Below are positions 7,686 through 14,755 of a stretch of 37,705 bases of DNA, one piece after another. Source of the DNA: an uncultured Lachnospiraceae bacterium. GTDB lineage: Bacteria > Bacillota > Clostridia > Christensenellales > UBA1242. The position numbers and the translations under genes are program-made. The notes below the pieces were generated by a model. The model searched no databases. It saw only the letters and a list, made by a program, of their open reading frames with translations, and was not told the DNA's origin. The first letter of the stretch is position 1. Each line of letters opens with the position of its first letter. The stretch spans positions 1 to 37,705 of the forward strand of contig CAYQCO010000002.1 in NCBI GenBank assembly GCA_964416085.1, read 5' to 3'.

Positions 7686-8678
7686 TTAAACAAAAATACA
7701 TACAATCAATGTGACAATCATTGCCCAAATACCTTGACAAAATTTTTGAAAAAGGTAGGTGGGCTTTTTTATGCTTAATTCTTGCATAAAGGTTGTGCTT
7801 TGAAAAAACACACTAAACCCACCAAAACCAATAAGAAAACTGACAAATGGCAACACAATTTTTACATTTAAACCCAAACTTGCAACATCAACGACACCAC
7901 GAGTCATTTCAACAATGCCATTGAGTAGCACACAAATTGTATTTTCTTGCCCATTCAAAAAAGGAATTTTGCAAACAAGATTGGAGAAAAATGGAATAAT
8001 ACTCAAAAAATTCAACGCATCAATCAAAACGTATGCCAGCACAATGTATCCGCCTACAAGCAAAATTGAATTGACACTATCAATCATACTGTCCGCCAAA
8101 ATATTTTTTGACCTGTGTGGCACACGGATAAGTATTTTGTCGTCAACTTTGCCGTATTTTTGCCTAAAAACAAGACCATTAATAATTGCGGACATAATAT
8201 GACAAAACAACAAAATATATCCAATTTTTATGCTATGAAAAACTGCAATTCCAACTGTTCCAACAACAAACATTGGCCCAGAAACCGAGCAAAATGCCAA
8301 CATTTTTTTGGCTGAAATTTCATCAAGTTGTCCATTTTTGTGTGCATCGCAAACAAGTTTTGCCCCAACTGGATAACCAGAGAGCAAACTTAACAAAAAA
8401 ATTTTGCCACCGCCGTTTACTCCAAAAAGTTTTTTGACAAGTTTGTCGAGCAGGGGAATGTCGTCAATATCAAGCAAAATCAAAAGTCTGGTCGCCACAA
8501 AAAATGGAAATAATGCAGGCAAAATATTAAAAAACCAAACATTTAAACCATCCAAGCAGGATTGCATATAAATATTTGGGTTTGAAATAAACAAAAGTAT
8601 AAAAATTATAACAAAAACACACAATAATCTGTTTGACTTTAATATTTTTGACATATATAATTGTATTATTGTTTTCAA
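7686..8678 (-). CDS. ylbJ: Nucleoside-recognition-domain membrane protein, YlbJ-like (sporulation integral membrane protein family)
   Basis: 330 aa and polytopic. Motif region LLSLLSGYPVGAKLV plus overall size and topology resemble YlbJ-type proteins. The start could be the internal Met at 8654. Confidence 0.6.
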   Translation of the reverse strand: MKTIIQLYMSKILKSNRLLCVFVIIFILLFISNPNIYMQSCLDGLNVWFFNILPALFPFFVATRLLILLDIDDIPLLDKLVKKLFGVNGGGKIFLLSLLSGYPVGAKLVCDAHKNGQLDEISAKKMLAFCSVSGPMFVVGTVGIAVFHSIKIGYILLFCHIMSAIINGLVFRQKYGKVDDKILIRVPHRSKNILADSMIDSVNSILLVGGYIVLAYVLIDALNFLSIIPFFSNLVCKIPFLNGQENTICVLLNGIVEMTRGVVDVASLGLNVKIVLPFVSFLIGFGGFSVFFQSTTFMQELSIKKPTYLFQKFCQGIWAMIVTLIVCIFV

Positions 8679-8697
8679 GATTTTATAACAAGGGGTA

Positions 8698-9489
8698 ATG
8701 ATGAAAAAATTGGCTTTGGTTTTAGGCGGTGGCGCCGCAAAAGGTTTTGCTCATATTGGAGTGTTGAAAGTGTTAAATGAATACAACATAAAACCTGATT
8801 TGATTGTTGGCACTTCAATGGGTGCAGTTGTTGGCGGTGCGTATGCAAAAGGGATAGGAATTGACAAACTTGAAGAAATGTCAACCAGTTTTTCTATGCG
8901 AAGAATTAGGGATATAAGCATAAAAAGTATGCTAAAAAAAGGTTGTCTAATGCGTGGAGTAAAACTAAAAAAATACGTCAAAAATCTTTTGGGCGACACA
9001 AAACACGAAGAGTTAAAAATTCCATTTATTGCAGTTGCGACAGAGATTGCAACAGGCAAACAAAAGAACCTAAAATCTGGCCTTGTTTGGCAAAATGTTT
9101 TGGCAAGCAGTGCAATGCCTGCTGTTTTTCCTATGATAGAAATTGACGGCAAAACATTGTGCGATGGGGGTATTATGGACAATTTGCCAATAGATGTCGC
9201 AAGAAAATATATGAAAAATGCAATTATTTTGAGCATAGATGTGATTGGTGATTATCCAAAACAAGTGGAGCAAAAAGGCATAAAACTTATGACCCAAATT
9301 ATCAATATGAGCACACTTTATATGACCCAACTTGTCGACACTTCATTGTCTGACTTGAACGTCAAAATAACTCAACCAGAAATTCAACAAATGGATTTTT
9401 CAAAAAAGGCGACAAAGCAAGCAATAATCAATGGCCAAAACGCAATGAGAAAAAATATTGCCAAACTTCAAGCACTTTTGGATGCCTAA
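8698..9489 (+). CDS. Patatin-like phospholipase
   Basis: Oxyanion motif GGGAAKG, nucleophile elbow GTSMGA (G-x-S-x-G) and catalytic Asp motif DGG (CDGGIMDNLP). Confidence 0.85.
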   Translation: MMKKLALVLGGGAAKGFAHIGVLKVLNEYNIKPDLIVGTSMGAVVGGAYAKGIGIDKLEEMSTSFSMRRIRDISIKSMLKKGCLMRGVKLKKYVKNLLGDTKHEELKIPFIAVATEIATGKQKNLKSGLVWQNVLASSAMPAVFPMIEIDGKTLCDGGIMDNLPIDVARKYMKNAIILSIDVIGDYPKQVEQKGIKLMTQIINMSTLYMTQLVDTSLSDLNVKITQPEIQQMDFSKKATKQAIINGQNAMRKNIAKLQALLDA

Positions 9490-9545
9490 AAATAAGCAAC
9501 TCTACTGATAGTAGAGTAAAATTTGCAAGAAAAAATAAATTTTAG

Positions 9546-9574
9546 TGGACAAATTTTTTATTTTTTAATACAAT
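9546..9574 (+). promoter_or_regulatory. Sigma-A-like promoter candidate for pta-ackA
   Basis: TGGACA, 17-nt spacer, TACAAT. A GGAGAAAA RBS precedes the ATG at 9600. Confidence 0.4.
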
Positions 9575-9599
9575 CATAATACACAAAAACGGAGAAAAA

Positions 9600-10574
9600 A
9601 TGAAAGTATTAAATGACATATTAAATCGCGCCAAAAATAAAAAAGGTTGCATTGTTTTGCCAGAAGCAAATGTTGACCAAAGAGTTTTGAGCGCTACAAA
9701 AATTATTGCAGAAAAAGAATTAAGCAATCTTATAATTTTTGGAAAGAATGAAGAATTTTCAAAAGAGATTGTTGAGAGCCCATTAATCAAAATTATTGAT
9801 TTGGACAATTTCCAAGAAATTGACAATATGGCAGTCGCACTTTTTGAGTTGAGAAAAAACAAAGGACTCACTCTTGAAGGGGCTTATGAATTGTTAAAAC
9901 AACCTATATACGTTGCGTGTATGCTATTATATATGGGTTATGCTGACGGACTTGTTGCTGGTGCAAAATACACAACCAGTGACACTCTTAGACCAGCGCT
10001 TCAAATCATAAAAACTGAGCCGGGCAAAAATCTTGTTGCAGGAAGTGTGTTGCTTGTTAGAGAAACTGCTCCTGAGACACTTTTGTTTTGCGACGCGAGT
10101 CTCAACGAAAATCCAACAGCCGAACAACTTGTCGATATATCAATAGGTGGGGCTGAATTTGTCAAAAATGTTTTGGGATTAGAGCCAAAAGTTGCATTCT
10201 TGTCTTATTCAACTTTGGGTAGCGCAAAAAGTGAGTTGGTAGAAAAAATGCAAACCGCTTGCAAACTCACCAAGGAAAAATACAAAGAATATTTGATTGA
10301 TGGTGAAATGCAATTTGATTGTGCGGTGGACAGAACAACCGCAGAAAGAAAGGGGATAACAACAAGCGTTGGTGGCAATGCCAATGTTATGGTGTTCCCA
10401 GATTTGAATTGTGGCAATATTGGTTACAAAATTGCCAGCAGATTAGGTGGTTATACCGCAATAGGTCCGATTATGGTGAATTTCAAGAAACCAGTCAACG
10501 ACCTATCTCGTGGTTGCACAATAGATGAAATAGTGGCAACAGTTGCTATTACAAAATTACAAATTAAGGATTAA
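9600..10574 (+). CDS. pta: Phosphate acetyltransferase
   Basis: 324 aa of the short Firmicute Pta type. Conserved segments IVLPE, GLVAGA, SLGSAK-like TLGSAK and VFPDLNCGNIGYK. Directly upstream of ackA. Confidence 0.92.
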   Translation: MKVLNDILNRAKNKKGCIVLPEANVDQRVLSATKIIAEKELSNLIIFGKNEEFSKEIVESPLIKIIDLDNFQEIDNMAVALFELRKNKGLTLEGAYELLKQPIYVACMLLYMGYADGLVAGAKYTTSDTLRPALQIIKTEPGKNLVAGSVLLVRETAPETLLFCDASLNENPTAEQLVDISIGGAEFVKNVLGLEPKVAFLSYSTLGSAKSELVEKMQTACKLTKEKYKEYLIDGEMQFDCAVDRTTAERKGITTSVGGNANVMVFPDLNCGNIGYKIASRLGGYTAIGPIMVNFKKPVNDLSRGCTIDEIVATVAITKLQIKD

Positions 10575-10583
10575 GGAGAATTT

Positions 10584-11777
10584 ATGAAAATTTTAGTTAT
10601 CAATGCAGGAAGTTCATCATTAAAAGCACAACTTATTGACTCAAAAACTGGCAAAGTTTATGCAAAATGTGGTTGCGAAAGAATTGGAGTTGGCAATTCT
10701 TTCATCAAATTTGAAAGTGACAAAGGCAAGGTTAAAGTAGACTACGAAATGACTGAGCACGGCCAAGCAATCAAAGGTCTTATCTCTTATCTTTTGAGCG
10801 AAGAGTATGGATGTATCAGTTCATTGAGCGAAATTGACGCTATTGGACATAGAATGGTTCACGGCGGCGAAAAGTATATCAAACCTTGTTTAGTTACTGA
10901 AAACGATTTGAAAAAATTGGAAGAATTGGTTCCACTTGCTCCACTTCACAATCCAGCACATATTTTGGGTATGCGCGCTTGTATGGAAGCAATGCCTGAC
11001 AAAAAAAATGTGGTTGTTTTTGACACTGGATTCCACGCAACAATTCCAAAGAAAGCATATATGTATGCTATTCCTTATGAATTTTATGAAAAGAACAAAA
11101 TTAGACGTTATGGCGCTCACGGCTCTTCACACAGATATGTTAGTGAAGTGTTGAGTGAAATGCTTGGCGGTCTCCAAGGCAAAAAGGTTATCTCTTGTCA
11201 CCTTGGAAACGGAAGTAGTATCACTGCCATAAAAGACGGCAAAAGTATTGACACATCTATGGGATATACTCCACTTGCTGGTGTGGTTATGGGCACTCGT
11301 TCTGGTGACGTTGACCCTAGTGTTTTGCAATCAATTTGTGGAATCAAAAATTGTTCTATTGATGAATGTTTGACAATCCTCAACAAGCAATCTGGATTGC
11401 TAGGAATTAATGGTGAATCTAGTGATATGAGAGATGTGGATGCCAATCTTGACAAACCACTTTACAAATTAAGTTTTGATATGCTTTGCTATTCTATCAA
11501 AAAATACATTGGTGCATATGCAGCAATTATGAATGGCGTTGACCATATTATCTTTACTGGTGGTATTGGTGAAAATGACGAACTCGTTAGACGTGAAGTT
11601 ATGCGTGATATGGATTATCTTGGCGCTCAACTCGATGAAGACAAAAACGACCACATTGCTCGTGGCACTATCGAAAATTTGTCAGCACCAAATTCGCGTG
11701 TTCAAATTTGGCGTATTCCTACTGATGAAGAACTCGTTATTGCAAGAGACACTGAAAGACTTGTAACAAAAAAATAA
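10584..11777 (+). CDS. ackA: Acetate kinase
   Basis: MKILVINAGSSSLK N-terminus, GHRMVHGG, HNPAH, RYGAHGSSH and IFTGGIGEN motifs. Confidence 0.96.
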   Translation: MKILVINAGSSSLKAQLIDSKTGKVYAKCGCERIGVGNSFIKFESDKGKVKVDYEMTEHGQAIKGLISYLLSEEYGCISSLSEIDAIGHRMVHGGEKYIKPCLVTENDLKKLEELVPLAPLHNPAHILGMRACMEAMPDKKNVVVFDTGFHATIPKKAYMYAIPYEFYEKNKIRRYGAHGSSHRYVSEVLSEMLGGLQGKKVISCHLGNGSSITAIKDGKSIDTSMGYTPLAGVVMGTRSGDVDPSVLQSICGIKNCSIDECLTILNKQSGLLGINGESSDMRDVDANLDKPLYKLSFDMLCYSIKKYIGAYAAIMNGVDHIIFTGGIGENDELVRREVMRDMDYLGAQLDEDKNDHIARGTIENLSAPNSRVQIWRIPTDEELVIARDTERLVTKK

Positions 11778-11815
11778 CAATATCCCCATCTTCCCAAATT
11801 ATTTTTCAAAAACAG

Positions 11816-11844
11816 TTGACAAACCATTAAAATTGTTGTAAGAT
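11816..11844 (+). promoter_or_regulatory. Sigma-A-like promoter candidate for rpmF
   Basis: TTGACA, 17-nt spacer, TAAGAT, about 55 nt upstream of the rpmF ATG. Confidence 0.4.
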
Positions 11845-11898
11845 ATACTCGTAATTTGTATCTTGCGAAATTGCGAGAAATATCAACGGAGGTTAAAA

Positions 11899-12090
11899 AT
11901 GGCTGTTCCAAAAAGAAAAGTTTCTAAGTCTAGAAGAGATAAAAGAAAAGCAAACTGGAAAATTTCTGTTCCAAGTTTAGTAGAATGTCCTCATTGTCAC
12001 GAGAAGAAGATTGCTCACCAAGTTTGCAAAAACTGCGGTTATTATGACGGTGAAGAAAGAATTGTTGTAGACAAAGAAAAGAAAGATTAA
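11899..12090 (+). CDS. rpmF: 50S ribosomal protein L32
   Basis: MAVPKRKVSKSRRDKR N-terminus plus zinc-ribbon CPHC...CKNC. GGAGG RBS at 11888-11892. The ORF-track start at 11863 is an upstream extension. Confidence 0.93.
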   Translation: MAVPKRKVSKSRRDKRKANWKISVPSLVECPHCHEKKIAHQVCKNCGYYDGEERIVVDKEKKD

Positions 12091-12091
12091 G

Positions 12092-12120
12092 AAAATTCGG
12101 GCAAAACCCGAATTTTTTTT
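12092..12120 (+). terminator. Rho-independent terminator after rpmF
   Basis: Stem AAAATTCGGG / CCCGAATTTT with loop CAAAA, running into a T8 run. Confidence 0.8.
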
Positions 12121-12130
12121 GTTGTTTGTT

Positions 12131-12158
12131 TTGAATGTAGAACAAATTGTGATATAAT
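12131..12158 (+). promoter_or_regulatory. Sigma-A-like promoter candidate with extended -10, for plsX
   Basis: TTGAAT, 16-nt spacer ending in TGa, then TATAAT. Confidence 0.45.
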
Positions 12159-12175
12159 ACTATCGGGAGAAGATT

Positions 12176-13186
12176 ATGAAAGTAGTAGTAGATGCGTTTG
12201 GGGGAGATTATGCTCCAAGCGAAATTATTGATGGATGTATAAAAGCATTAAACGAAAATCCAAAACTTAAACTTGTTTTGGCTGGTGACAAAGACCAAAT
12301 TACAGAATATTTGCAAAAAGCAATGTTTGCGTCTGACCGTATGGAGATTGTTCACGCGCCAGATATTATCACCAATGAAGAGCAACCAGCAATGGCTATT
12401 AGGACAAAAACCAAATCGTCAATAGTTGTGGCTTATGATTATTTGAGAAGCAACGACAACTGCGTTGGTCTTGTTTCTGCTGGCTCAACAGGTGCAACTT
12501 TGACTGGTGCAGTGTTGAAATTGGGCAGAATTCAAGGCGTAAGCCGTCCAGCCCTTGCTCCACTTTTGCCAACACTCAATGGACAAAATATGATGCTTTT
12601 GGACGTGGGGGCCAATGTCGATTGCAAGCCTATCAACCTTGTTCATTTTGCTCTTATGGGAAGCGAATATATGAAGTCAATGGGAGTGGAAAACCCAAGA
12701 GTTGCACTTCTTAATGTTGGCACAGAAGACGAAAAGGGCAACGAACTTGCCAAAGAAGTTTTTGGACTGTTGAAAGAAGAAAGCAAAATTAATTTTGTCG
12801 GCAATGTTGAAGCAAGAGATATCTTAAAAGGCAATGTGGATGTGGTTGTTGCTGACGGTTTTGCTGGCAATGTTTGCTTAAAGACAGTTGAAGGAACAGT
12901 TGAACTTTTGATGGGAATGATAAAGAGCGAAATCAAAGCAAGTGGTTGGGCAAAAATCTGTTATGCTATGGGGCTCAAAAAACCATTCAAAAATATTAAG
13001 GCAAGAATGGATTATAGAAAGGTTGGCGGTGCTCCACTTTTGGGTGTAAGCAAAATTGTTGTGAAATGTCACGGCAACAGCAGAGCAGACAGTGTTGCAA
13101 CAGCAATCAATCAAGTGGTTACTTTGCACAAAAACAAAATGATAGAAAATATTTCTAAGGTAGTTATCAATGAAGAAAACAACTAA
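12176..13186 (+). CDS. plsX: Phosphate acyltransferase PlsX
   Basis: 336 aa. MKVVVDAFGGDYAP N-terminus, SAGSTGA, VADGFAGNV and CHGNS motifs typical of PlsX. Confidence 0.95.
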   Translation: MKVVVDAFGGDYAPSEIIDGCIKALNENPKLKLVLAGDKDQITEYLQKAMFASDRMEIVHAPDIITNEEQPAMAIRTKTKSSIVVAYDYLRSNDNCVGLVSAGSTGATLTGAVLKLGRIQGVSRPALAPLLPTLNGQNMMLLDVGANVDCKPINLVHFALMGSEYMKSMGVENPRVALLNVGTEDEKGNELAKEVFGLLKEESKINFVGNVEARDILKGNVDVVVADGFAGNVCLKTVEGTVELLMGMIKSEIKASGWAKICYAMGLKKPFKNIKARMDYRKVGGAPLLGVSKIVVKCHGNSRADSVATAINQVVTLHKNKMIENISKVVINEENN

Positions 13187-13841
13187 GCAATTTTTCGATT
13201 TGTTTAATTCTTGTGATGAAAAATTAAAAGATATTGCATTTACTCATTCGAGTTATGCCAATATGCACAAGGCCACAAGCAATGAAACTTTGGAGTTTTT
13301 GGGAGACAGCGTGCTGTCTCTTTGTGTGGCTGACTTTTTGTATAAAAATTGTTCTTATAACGAAGGAAAGTTGTCAAAAATCCGTTCAACTTTTGTTTGC
13401 ACAGATAGTTTGAGCAAACTTGCCAAAGATATGGAACTTGACCAAAAAATTAAGTTGGGAAGAAGTTTTAAATCGCACGATGTGTCAAATGCTATGCTAG
13501 AAGATTTGGTTGAGAGTATGATTGCAGTAGTTTATTTAAGTAAAGGTTTGAAAGAAACTCAAAAATCCGTCATTGAAATGTTGGAACTAAAATCCGCTCT
13601 AAAAAAAGGTATAAAAGCCACTGACTACAAAACTGAATTGCAAGAACTTGTTCAAAAGAACAAGGACAAACTGGAATATATTGTCACAACTTATACAACC
13701 AAGGGCGGACAAACCAATTTTAAGGCCGGAGTGAGAATAAATGGAGAGTTCTTTAAATACGGAACCGGCTCAACCAAAAGAGAAGCAGAACAAAATGCAG
13801 CGAGATTGACGCTCAAAAAAATAGAGAAGGACAAAGAATGA
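13170..13841 (+). CDS. rnc: Ribonuclease III
   Basis: RNase III signature ETLEFLGDSVL, FTHSSYAN, and a C-terminal dsRBD (GSTKREAEQNAARLTL). Overlaps the plsX end by 17 nt. Confidence 0.93.
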   Translation: MKKTTKQFFDLFNSCDEKLKDIAFTHSSYANMHKATSNETLEFLGDSVLSLCVADFLYKNCSYNEGKLSKIRSTFVCTDSLSKLAKDMELDQKIKLGRSFKSHDVSNAMLEDLVESMIAVVYLSKGLKETQKSVIEMLELKSALKKGIKATDYKTELQELVQKNKDKLEYIVTTYTTKGGQTNFKAGVRINGEFFKYGTGSTKREAEQNAARLTLKKIEKDKE

Positions 13842-14353
13842 TAATTTCAAAAGATAACAAAAGCAAATTGCCAAAAAAATTGTTGCCCAAGAAATGCCAA
13901 GCTGTTGTTAGTTTTTTGTCATTTATTTCTAGCGATGACGACATAGGGATTGTTTTGTATAAAAACAATGATGAATACTTGCCAGCGCATTTTGTTTTTG
14001 ATGTTGAAATGCACAAATTAAAATGCAAAACGGTTGACGAATTGATAGGTCAAAGTTATGCTATTTTTGACAACAACAGAAATTACATAAAACTTGCCAA
14101 AGAAAAATTTGAAGAAGAGTTTTTGACAAAAATTGTGGCAGATGACGAAAAAGACATTTTTGAACTTGTAATGGAAAATGAGCGAGTGGTGCTCAAAAAA
14201 CATATTATTTGTGTCATCAAGTCTTGTGAAGAAATTGAACATTTGATAAACCCTGAATTTGTGAGAGATTGCAAACTTGTGAGGCTAAACGAGTTGGAAA
14301 ATGATTGTAATATTGCGGAATATTGCCTTGAATTTTTGTGTGCGGGGGAATAG
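13838..14353 (+). CDS. Hypothetical protein, translationally coupled to rnc
   Basis: 171-aa ORF. Its start overlaps the rnc stop (ATGA). No motif recognised. Confidence 0.5.
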   Translation: MIISKDNKSKLPKKLLPKKCQAVVSFLSFISSDDDIGIVLYKNNDEYLPAHFVFDVEMHKLKCKTVDELIGQSYAIFDNNRNYIKLAKEKFEEEFLTKIVADDEKDIFELVMENERVVLKKHIICVIKSCEEIEHLINPEFVRDCKLVRLNELENDCNIAEYCLEFLCAGE

Positions 14354-14356
14354 GCT

Positions 14357-14440
14357 GGGGGCAGAAGCAACGGTTGCAGAGCAACCGTTTGTCGCCCTTG
14401 CGGGCGACCGGCACGCCTTTCGGCGTGCACTTCTGCCCCC
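14357..14440 (+). repeat. GC-rich four-way-junction structured repeat, copy 2
   Basis: Closing stem GGGGGCAGAAG (14357-14367) / CTTCTGCCCCC (14430-14440) encloses AACGGTTGC-AGA-GCAACCGTT, GTCGCCC-TTGC-GGGCGAC and GCACGCC-TTTC-GGCGTGC. About two-thirds G+C by hand count (57 of 84). Confidence 0.9.
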
Positions 14441-14471
14441 GTATACGCCAAAAAACAACAAAAATTGCAAC

Positions 14472-14518
14472 AAATTTCGTGTCTAGGGTCAAATTTGCTA
14501 GACACAAATTTTTTTTTG
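14472..14518 (+). terminator. Rho-independent terminator ending the plsX-rnc unit
   Basis: Stem AAATTTcGTGTCTAG / CTAGACACAAATTT (one bulged C) with an 11-nt loop, running into a long T-run (14509-14517). Confidence 0.7.
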
Positions 14519-14554
14519 TGCTATTATTTATGAGAATTGAAGGGGGATTATATT

Positions 14555-14755
14555 ATGTTGTTTGAACCACCAATTGATGAATTGATAAAAAAAGCCGGCA
14601 ATGCTTATATTGCCACTATCATCATTAGTGCTAGGGCAAAAGAATTGGAAAACAAAATTCCTGCTTTGTTGCAAGGATCATCCAATCTTGCCATTGAATA
14701 TGCTGCAAAAGAGTTGTATCAAGGAAAAATCAAGGCTGTCCCTCAAAACAAATAA
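14555..14755 (+). CDS. rpoZ: DNA-directed RNA polymerase subunit omega
   Basis: 66 aa. MLFEPPIDELIKKAGNAYIATIIISARAKEL matches the omega pattern (PSID-L, Y-L, A-RA-QL). AAGGGGG RBS at 14540-14546. The stop overlaps the priA start (TAATG). Confidence 0.8.
   Translation: MLFEPPIDELIKKAGNAYIATIIISARAKELENKIPALLQGSSNLAIEYAAKELYQGKIKAVPQNK

Noticed and set aside
8751-9236. 161-aa minus-strand ORF inside the patatin-like gene
   Set aside because: It is antisense to a CDS carrying all three patatin catalytic motifs, and it has no independent signals.
9499-9517. Hairpin ACTCTACT-GAT-AGTAGAGT after the patatin-like gene
   Set aside because: It is a perfect 8-bp stem but is followed by AAAATTT rather than a T-run, so it was not called as a terminator.
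14083-14565. Cluster of overlapping ORFs on both strands across 14083-14565, and similar ORFs at 4780-4995 and 36691-36885, sharing peptide strings such as TVALQPLL
   Set aside because: They exist only because the GC-rich structured repeat lacks stop codons. The shared peptides simply reflect the repeated nucleotide sequence. Differences between copies are compensatory for base pairing rather than conservative for a protein.
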